64,000 nt of DNA from Eledone cirrhosa (lineage: Eukaryota). Shown here one piece after another: positions 54,801 to 64,000 of the stretch. The first letter of the stretch is position 1. Every line of letters starts with the position of its first letter. A model generated the notes under the pieces. The model was not told the DNA's origin, did no database searches, and saw only the letters and a program-made list of their open reading frames with translations. The translations under genes and the position numbers were made by a program. The stretch covers positions 35,712,001-35,776,000 of the forward strand of contig OZ024758.1 of NCBI GenBank assembly GCA_964016885.1, written 5' to 3'.

Positions 54801-56341
54801 AGTAACTCCACTGTTGGTGAGAATTCATTTAAGTTCATGGTATTAGCTGTCAGAAGGAACTCCACTGTTGGTGAGAATTCATTTAAGTTCATGGTACTAG
54901 CTGTCAGAAGTAACTCCACTGTTGGTGAGAATTCATTTAAGTTCATGGTATTAGTTTGTCAGAAGTAACTCCACTGTTGGTGAGAATTCATTTAAGTCAT
55001 GGTATTAGTTGTCAGAAGTAACTCCAATGTTGGTGAGAATTCATTTAAGCCATGGTACTAGCTGTCAGAAGTAACTCCAATGTTGGTGAAAATTCATTTA
55101 AGTTCATGGTATTAGCTGTCAGAACGAACTCCACTGTTGGTGAGAATTAATTTAAGTTCATGGTATTAGCTGTCAGAAGGAACTCCAATGTTGGTGAGAA
55201 TTCATTTAAGTCATGGTACTAGCTGTCAGAAGTAACTCCACTGTTGGTGAGAATTCATTTAAGTTCATGGTATTAGCTGTCAGAAGGAACGCCACTGTTG
55301 GTGAGAATTCATTTAAGTTCATGGTATTAGCTGTCAGAAGTAACTCCACTGTTGGTGAGAATTCATTTAAGTTCATGGTACTAGCTGTCAGAAGTAACTC
55401 CAATGTTGGTGAGAATTCATTTAAGTTCATGGTATTAGCTGTCAGAAGGAACTCCACTGTTGGTGAGAATTCATTTAAGTTCATGGTATTAGCTGTCAGA
55501 AGTAACTCCACTGTTGGTGAGAATTCATTTAAGTTCATGGTATTAGCTGTCAGAAGGAACGCCACTGTTGGTGAGAATTCATTTAAGTTCATGGTATTAG
55601 CTGTCAGAAGTAACTCCACTGTTGGTGAGAATTCATTTAAGTTCATGGTACTAGCTGTCAGAAGTAACTCCAATGTTGGTGAGAATTCATTTAAGTTCAT
55701 GGTATTAGCTGTCAGAAGGAACTCCACTGTTGGTGAGAATTCATTTAAGTTCATGGTATTAGCTGTCAGAAGTAACTCCACTGTTGGTGAGAATTCATTT
55801 AAGTCATGGTATTAGCTGTCAGAAGTAACTCCATTGTTGGTGAGAATTCATTTAAGTCATGGTACTAGCTGTCAGAAGTAACTCCAATGTTGGTGAGAAT
55901 TCATTTAAGTCATGGTACTAGCTGTCAGAAGTAACTCCAATGTTGGTGAGAATTCATTTAAGTTCATGGTATTAGCTGTCAGAAGGAACTCCACTGTTGG
56001 TGAGAATTCATTTAAGTTCATGGTATTAGCTGTCAGAAGTAACTCCACTGTTGGTGAGAATTCATTTAAGTTCATGGTATTAGCTGTCAGAAGTAACTCC
56101 ACTGTTGGTGAGAATTCATTTAAGTTCATGGTACTAGCTGTCAGAAGTAACTCCAATGTTGGTGAGAATTCATTTAAGTTCATGGTATTAGCTGTCAGAA
56201 GTAACTCCACTGTTGGTGAGAATTCATTTAAGTCATGGTATTAGTTGTCAGAAGTAACTCCAATGTTGGTGAGAATTCATTTAAGCCATGGTTCTAGCTG
56301 TAAGAAGTAACTCCAATGTTGGTGAGAATTCATTTAAGTTC

Positions 56342-59200
56342 ATGGTATTAGCTGTCAGAAGGAACTCCACTGTTGGTGAGAATTCATTTAAGTTCATGGT
56401 ACTAGCTGTCAGAAGTAACTCCACTGTTGGTGAGAATTCATTTAAGTTCATGGTACTAGCTGTCAGAAGTAACTCCAATGTTGGTGAGAATTCATTTAAG
56501 TTCATGGTATTAGCTGTCAGAAGTAACTCCACTGTTGGTGAGAGTTCATTTAAGTCATGGTATTAGCTGTCAGAAGTAACTCCAATGTTGGTGAGAATTC
56601 ATTTAAGTTCATGGTATTAGCTGTCAGAAGTAACTCCACTGTTGGTGAGAATTCATTTAAGTTCATGGTATTAGCTGTCAGAAGTAACTCCACTGTTGGT
56701 GAGAATTCATTTAAGTTCATGGTACTAGCTGTCAGAAGTAACTCCACTGTTGGTGAGAATTCATTTAAGTTCATGGTATTAGTTTGTCAGAAGTAACTCC
56801 ACTGTTGGTGAGAATTCATTTAAGTTCATGGTATTAGCTGTCAGAAGGAACTCCACTGTTGGTGAGAATTCATTTAAGTTCATGGTATTAGCTGTCAGAA
56901 GGAACTCCAATGTTGGTGAGAATTCATTTAAGTCATGGTACTAGCTGTCAGAAGTAACTCCACTGTTGATGAGAATTCATTTAAGTTCATGGTATTAGCT
57001 GTCAGAAGGAACGCCACTGTTGGTGAGAATTCATTTAAGTTCATGGTATTAGCTGTCAGAAGTAACTCCACTGTTGGTGAGAATTCATTTAAGTTCATGG
57101 TACTAGCTGTCAGAAGTAACTCCAATGTTGGTGAGAATTCATTTAAGTTCATGGTATTAGCTGTCAGAAGGAACTCCACTGTTGGTGAGAATTCATTTAA
57201 GTTCATGGTATTAGCTGTCAGAAGTAACTCCACTGTTGGTGAGAATTCATTTAAGTTCATGGTATTAGCTGTCAGAAGTCACTCCAATATTGGTGAGAAT
57301 TCATTTAAGTTCATGGTATTAGCTGTCAGAAGTCACTCCACTGTTGGTGAGAATTCATTTAAGTTCATGGTACTAGCTGTCCGAAGTAACCCCAATGTTG
57401 GTGAGAATTCATTTAAGTTCATGGTATTAGCTGTCAGAAGTCACTCCAATGTTGGTGAGAATTCATTTAAGTTCATGGTATTAGCTGTCAGAAGTAACTC
57501 CACTGTTGGTGAGAATTCATTTAAGTTCATGGTATTAGCTGTCAGAAGTAACTCCACTGTTGGTGAGAATTCATTTAAGTTCATGGTATTAGCTGTCAGA
57601 AGGAACTCCACTGTTGGTGAGAATTCATTTAAGTTCATGGTACTAGCTGTCAGAAGTAACTCCACTGTTGGTGAGAATTCATTTAAGTCCATGGTATTAG
57701 TTTGTCAGAAGTAACTCCAATGTTGGTGAGAATTCATTTAAGTTCATGGTATTAGCTGTCAGAAGGAACTCCACTGTTGGTGAGAATTCATTTAAGTTCA
57801 TGGTACTAGCTGTCAGAAGTAACTCCACTGTTGGTGAGAATTCATTTAAGTTCATGGTACTAGCTGTCAGAAGTAACTCCAATGTTGGTGAGAATTCATT
57901 TAAGTTCATGGTATTAGCTGTCAGAAGTAACTCCACTGTTGGTGAGAGTTCATTTAAGTCATGGTATTAGCTGTCAGAAGTAACTCCAATGTTGGTGAGA
58001 ATTCATTTAAGTTCATGGTATTAGCTGTCAGAAGTAACTCCACTGTTGGTGAGAATTCATTTAAGTTCATGGTATTAGCTGTCAGAAGTAACTCCACTGT
58101 TGGTGAGAATTCATTTAAGTTCATGGTACTAGCTGTCAGAAGTAACTCCACTGTTGGTGAGAATTCATTTAAGTTCATGGTATTAGTTTGTCAGAAGTAA
58201 CTCCACTGTTGGTGAGAATTCATTTAAGTCATGGTATTAGTTGTCAGAAGTAACTCCAATGTTGGTGAGAATTCATTTAAGTTCATGGTATTAGCTGTCA
58301 GAAGGAACTCCACTGTTGGTGAGAATTCATTTAAGTTCATGGTATTAGCTGTCAGAAGGAATTCCAATGTTGGTGAGAATTCATTTAAGTCATGGTACTA
58401 GCTGTCAGAAGTAACTCCACTGTTGATGAGAATTCATTTAAGTTCATGGTATTAGCTGTCAGAAGGAACGCCACTGTTGGTGAGAATTCATTTAAGTTCA
58501 TGGTATTAGCTGTCAGAAGTAACTCCACTGTTGGTGAGAATTCATTTAAGTTCATGGTACTAGCTGTCAGAAGTAACTCCAATGTTGGTGAGAATTCATT
58601 TAAGTTCATGGTATTAGCTGTCAGAAGGAACTCCACTGTTGGTGAGAATTCATTTAAGTTCATGGTATTAGCTGTCAGAAGTAACTCCACTGTTGGTGAG
58701 AATTCATTTAAGTTCATGGTATTAGCTGTCAGAAGTCACTCCAATATTGGTGAGAATTCATTTAAGTTCATGGTATTAGCTGTCAGAAGTCACTCCACTG
58801 TTGGTGAGAATTCATTTAAGTTCATGGTACTAGCTGTCCGAAGTAACCCCAATGTTGGTGAGAATTCATTTAAGTTCATGGTATTAGCTGTCAGAAGTCA
58901 CTCCAATGTTGGTGAGAATTCATTTAAGTTCATGGTATTAGCTGTCAGAAGTAACTCCACTGTTGGTGAGAATTCATTTAAGTTCATGGTATTAGCTGTC
59001 AGAAGTAACTCCACTGTTGGTGAGAATTCATTTAAGTTCATGGTATTAGCTGTCAGAAGGAACTCCACTGTTGGTGAGAATTCATTTAAGTTCATGGTAC
59101 TAGCTGTCAGAAGTAACTCCACTGTTGGTGAGAATTCATTTAAGTCCATGGTATTAGTTTGTCAGAAGTAACTCCACTGTTGGTGAGAATTCATTTAAGT
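56342..59200. repeat. Tandem duplication of a 26/27-monomer block (offsets 1,404 and 1,457 bp)
   Basis: 56557/57961 = 1404 and 56935/58392 = 1457. The copies share the rare variants CACTGTTGATGAG, CCAATATT and AAGTCCATGG. Confidence 0.85.
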
Positions 59201-62200
59201 CATGGTATTAGTTGTCAGAAGTAACTCCAATGTTGGTGAGAATTCATTTAAGCCATGGTACTAGCTGTCAGAAGTAACTCCAATGTTGGTGAGAATTCAT
59301 TTAAGTTCATGGTATTAGCTGTCAGAACGAACTCCACTGTTGGTGAGAATTCATTTAAGTTCATGGTATTAGCTGTCAGAAGTAACTCCACTGTTGGTGA
59401 GAATTCATTTAAGTTCAGGGTACTAGCTGTCAGAAGTAACTCCAATGTTGGTGAGAATTCATTTAAGTTCATGGTATTAGCTGTCAGAAGGAACTCCACT
59501 GTTGGTGAGAATTCATTTAAGTTCATGGTATTAGCTGTCAGAAGTAACTCCACTGTTGGTGAGAATTCATTTAAGTCATGTTATTAGCTGTCAGAAGTAA
59601 CTCCATTGTTGGTGAGAATTCATTTAAGTCATGGTACTAGCTGTCAGAAGTAACTCCAATGTTGGTGAGAATTCATTTAAGTCATGGTACTAGCTGTCAG
59701 AAGTAACTCCACTGTTGGTGAGAATTCATTTAAGTTCATGGTATTAGCTGTCAGAGGTAACTCCACTGTTGGTGAGAATTCATTTAAGTTCATGGTACTA
59801 GCTGTCAGAAGTAACTCCAATGTTGGTGAGTATTCATTTAAGTTCATGGTATTAGCTGTCAGAAGTAACTCCACTGTTGGTGAGAATTCATTTACGTCAT
59901 GGTATTAGCTGTCAGAAGTAACTCCAATGTTGGTGAGAATTCATTTAAGTTCATGGTATTAGCTGTCAGAATTAACTCCAATGTTGGTGAGAATTCATTT
60001 AAGTTCATGGTATTAGCTGTCAGAAGGAACTCCACTGTTGCTGAGAATTCATTTAAGTTCATGGTATTAGCTGTCAGAAGTAACTCCACTGTTGGTGAGA
60101 ATTCATTTAAGTTCATGGTACTAGCTGTCAGAAGTAACTCCACTGTTGGTGAGAATTCATTTAAGTTCATGGTATTAGCTGTCAGAAGTCACTCCAATGT
60201 TGGTGAGAATTCATTTAAGTTCATGGTATTAGCTGTCAGAAGTCACTCCACTGTTGGTGAGAATTCATTTAAGTTCATGGTACTAGCTGTCAGAAGTAAC
60301 CCCAATGTTGGTGAGAATTCATTTAAGTTCATGGTATTAGCTGTCAGAAGTCACTCCAATGTTGGTGAGAATTCATTTAAGTTCATGGTATTAGCTGTCA
60401 GAATTAACTCCAATGTTGGTGAGAATTCATTTAAGTTCATGGTATTAGCTGTCAGAAGGAACTCCACTGTTGCTGAGAATTCATTTAAGTTCATGGTATT
60501 AGCTGTCAGAAGTAACTCCACTGTTGGTGAGAATTCATTTAAGTTCATGGTACTAGCTGTCAGAAGTAACTCCACTGTTGGTGAGAATTCATTTAAGTTC
60601 ATGGTATTAGCTGTCAGAAGTCACTCCAATGTTGGTGAGAATTCATTTAAGTTCATGGTATTAGCTGTCAGAAGTCACTCCACTGTTGGTGAGAATTCAT
60701 TTAAGTTCATGGTACTAGCTGTCAGAAGTAACCCCAATGTTGGTGAGAATTCATTTAAGTTCATGGTATTAGCTGTCAGAAGTCACTCCAATGTTGGTGA
60801 GAATTCATTTAAGTTCATGGTATTAGCTGTCAGAAGTAACTCCACTGTTGGTGAGAATTCATTTAAGTTCAGGGTACTAGCTGTCAGAAGTAACTCCAAT
60901 GTTGGTGAGAATTCATTTAAGTTCATGGTATTAGCTGTCAGAAGGAACTCCACTGTTGGTGAGAATTCATTTAAGTTCATGGTATTAGCTGTCAGAAGTA
61001 ACTCCACTGTTGGTGAGAATTCATTTAAGTCATGTTATTAGCTGTCAGAAGTAACTCCATTGTTGGTGAGAATTCATTTAAGTCATGGTACTAGCTGTCA
61101 GAAGTAACTCCAATGTTGGTGAGAATTCATTTAAGTCATGGTACTAGCTGTCAGAAGTAACTCCAATGTTGGTGAGAATTCATTTAAGTTCATGGTATTA
61201 GCTGTCAGAAGGAACTCCACTGTTGGTGAGAATTCATTTAAGTTCATGGTATTAGCTGTCAGAAGTAACTCCACTGTTGGTGAGAATTCATTTAAGTTCA
61301 TGGTATTAGCTGTCAGAGGTAACTCCACTGTTGGTGAGAATTCATTTAAGTTCATGGTACTAGCTGTCAGAAGTAACTCCAATGTTGGTGAGTATTCATT
61401 TAAGTTCATGGTATTAGCTGTCAGAAGTAACTCCACTGTTGGTGAGAATTCATTTACGTCATGGTATTAGCTGTCAGAAGTAACTCCAATGTTGGTGAGA
61501 ATTCATTTAAGTTCATGGTATTAGCTGTCAGAATTAACTCCAATGTTGGTGAGAATTCATTTAAGTTCATGGTATTAGCTGTCAGAAGGAACTCCACTGT
61601 TGCTGAGAATTCATTTAAGTTCATGGTATTAGCTGTCAGAAGTAACTCCACTGTTGGTGAGAATTCATTTAAGTTCATGGTACTAGCTGTCAGAAGTAAC
61701 CCCAATGTTGGTGAGAATTCATTTAAGTTCATGGTATTAGCTGTCAGAAGTCACTCCAATGTTGGTGAGAATTCATTTAAGTTCATGGTATTAGCTGTCA
61801 GAAGTAACTCCACTGTTGGTGAGAATTCATTTAAGTTCATGGTATTAGCTGTCAGAAGTAACTCCACTGTTGGTGAGAATTCATTTAAGTTCATGGTATT
61901 AGCTGTCAGAAGGAACTCCACTGTTGGTGAGAATTCATTTAAGTTCATGGTACTAGCTGTCAGAAGTAACTCCACTGTTGGTGAGAATTCATTTAAGTTC
62001 ATGGTATTAGTTTGTCAGAAGTAACTCCACTGTTGGTGAGAATTCATTTAAGTCATGGTATTAGTTGTCAGAAGTAACTCCAATGTTGGTGAGAATTCAT
62101 TTAAGCCATGGTACTAGCTGTCAGAAGTAACTCCAATGTTGGTGAGAATTCATTTAAGTTCATGGTATTAGCTGTCAGAAGGAACTCCACTGTTGGTGAG

Positions 62201-64000
62201 AATTCATTTAAGTGCATGGTATTAGCTGCCAGAAGTAACTCCACTGTTGGTGAGAATTCATTTAAGTTCATGGTACTAGCTGTCAGAAGTAACTCCACTG
62301 TTGGTGAGAATTCATTTAAGTTCATGGTATTAGTTTGTCAGAAGTACCTCCACTGTTGGTGAGAATTCATTTAAGTCATGGTATTAGTTGTCAGAAGTAA
62401 CTCCAATGTTGGTGAGAATTCATTTAAGTTCATGGTATTAGCTGTCAGAAGGAACTCCACTGTTGGTGAGAATTCATTTAAGTTCATGGTATTAGCTGTC
62501 AGAAGGAACTCCAATGTTGGTGAGAATTCATTTAAGTCATGGTACTAGCTGTCAGAAGTAACTCCACTGTTGGTGAGAATTCATTTAAGTTCATGGTATT
62601 AGCTGTCAGAAGGAACTCCACTGTTGGTGAGAATTCATTTAAGTTCATGGTACTAGCTGTCAGAAGTAACTCCACTGTTGGTGAGAATTCATTTAAGTTC
62701 ATGGTATTAGTTTGTCAGAAGTAACTCCACTGTTGGTGAGAATTCATTTAAGTCATGGTATTAGTTGTCAGAAGTAACTCCAATGTTGGTGAGAATTCAT
62801 TTAAGCCATGGTACTAGCTGTCAGAAGTAACTCCAATGTTGGTGAAAATTCATTTAAGTTCATGGTATTAGCTGTCAGAACGAACTCCACTGTTGGTGAG
62901 AATTAATTTAAGTTCATGGTATTAGCTGTCAGAAGTAACTCCACTGTTGGTGAGAATTCATTTAAGTTCATGGTACTAGCTGTCAGAAGTAACTCCAATG
63001 TTGGTGAGAATTCATTTAAGTTCATGGTATTAGCTGTCAGAAGTAACTCCACTGTTGGTGAGAGTTCATTTAAGTCATGGTATTAGCTGTCAGAAGTAAC
63101 TCCAATGTTGGTGAGAATTCATTTAAGTTCATGGTATTAGCTGTCAGAAGGAACGCCACTGTTGGTGAGAATTCATTTAAGTTCATGGTATTAGCTGTCA
63201 GAAGTAACTCCACTGTTGGTGAGAATTCATTTAAGTTCATGGTACTAGCTGTCAGAAGTAACTCCAATGTTGGTGAGAATTCATTTAAGTTCATGGTATT
63301 AGCTGTCAGAAGGAACTCCACTGTTGGTGAGAATTCATTTAAGTTCATGGTATTAGCTGTCAGAAGTAACTCCACTGTTGGTGAGAATTCATTTAAGTCA
63401 TGGTATTAGCTGTCAGAAGTAACTCCATTGTTGGTGAGAATTCATTTAAGTCATGGTACTAGCTGTCAGAAGTAACTCCAATGTTGGTGAGAATTCATTT
63501 AAGTCATGGTACTAGCTGTCAGAAGTAACTCCAATGTTGGTGAGAATTCATTTAAGTTCATGGTATTAGCTGTCAGAAGGAACTCCACTGTTGGTGAGAA
63601 TTCATTTAAGTTCATGGTATTAGCTGTCAGAAGTAACTCCACTGTTGGTGAGAATTCATTTAAGTTCATGGTATTAGCTGTCAGAAGTAACTCCACTGTT
63701 GGTGAGAATTCATTTAAGTTCATGGTACTAGCTGTCAGAAGTAAATCCAATGTTGGTGAGAATTCATTTAAGTTCATGGTATTAGCTGTCAGAAGTAACT
63801 CCACTGTTGGTGAGAATTCATTTAAGTCATGGTATTAGCTGTCAGAAGTAACTCCAATGTTGGTGAGAATTCATTTAAGTTCATGGTATTAGCTGTCAGA
63901 AGTAACTCCACTGTTGGTGAGAATTCATTTAAGTTCATGGTATTAGCTGTCAGAAGTAACTCCACTGTTGGTGAGAATTCATTTAAGTCATGGTATTAGC

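Larger units (their letters stand above)
1..64000. repeat. Satellite DNA array, 54-bp monomer (53/55-bp indel variants), about 1,190 head-to-tail copies; extends beyond both window edges
   Basis: The consensus ATGGTATTAGCTGTCAGAAGTAACTCCACTGTTGGTGAGAATTCATTTAAGTTC repeats continuously (ATG at 3, 57, 111, 165 and so on). Most monomers differ from it at 0-4 positions. I saw no non-repeat sequence and no inversion. Consensus base counts are A15 T19 G12 C8, with EcoRI GAATTC, AluI AGCT, MseI TTAA and NlaIII CATG sites once per unit. Confidence 0.99.

Noticed and set aside
3-63838. All ORFs in the six-frame track as protein-coding genes
   Set aside because: They are translations of the 54-bp unit. 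Their ends are set by recurrent 1-bp indels and stop variants, they overlap on both strands, they have no unique N- or C-terminal domain, and most common substitutions are non-synonymous.
1-64000. CRISPR array or CRISPR-like repeat-spacer system
   Set aside because: There are no unique spacers: the variable part differs only by a few recurrent SNPs. There is no leader sequence and no cas gene.
1-64000. Diversity-generating, antigenic-variation or integron-type cassette array
   Set aside because: No reverse transcriptase, recombinase, expression site or cargo is present in the window. The variant order is explained by ordinary duplication and deletion.
1-64000. Canonical telomeric repeat
   Set aside because: There are no TTAGGG, TTAGG or TTTAGGG tracts, only an isolated TTAG and a mild G/T skew on the + strand. 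A complex subtelomeric satellite cannot be excluded without chromosomal position.
1-64000. Pure technical artefact (concatemer, rolling-circle product or EcoRI linker ligation)
   Set aside because: Hierarchically shared, linked variants and nested duplications indicate real evolutionary history. Exact copy numbers could still be misassembled.
1-64000. Tandem tRNA, 5S rRNA, snRNA or spliced-leader gene array
   Set aside because: The unit is only 54 bp and shows no cloverleaf, Pol III A/B boxes or recognisable RNA-gene similarity.

Overview
The whole 64 kb window is one uninterrupted, single-orientation, head-to-tail tandem array of a 54-bp monomer, consensus ATGGTATTAGCTGTCAGAAGTAACTCCACTGTTGGTGAGAATTCATTTAAGTTC. 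It holds roughly 1,190 copies, is about 37% GC, carries one EcoRI site per monomer and has no CpG in the consensus. It looks like eukaryotic satellite DNA (centromeric, pericentromeric or subtelomeric type), but I cannot name the family or organism. I found no genes, RNA genes, transposons, inversions or unique sequence. All listed ORFs arise because 54 is divisible by 3 and one frame per strand is stop-free; they are broken by frequent 1-bp indels. The interesting content is the order of monomer variants. It shows a young 44-monomer (2,370 bp) higher-order repeat at about 13-28.5 kb and a compositionally different 44-mer (2,369 bp) duplication at 35-40 kb. There are also two ~22-mer duplications, dispersed multi-kb copies, chimeric monomers marking crossovers, and older variants shared by both ends of the window around younger inner blocks. 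I see no evidence for a new gene-based system. Periods were derived by hand from recurring variants and ORF-track offsets, so block edges are approximate.
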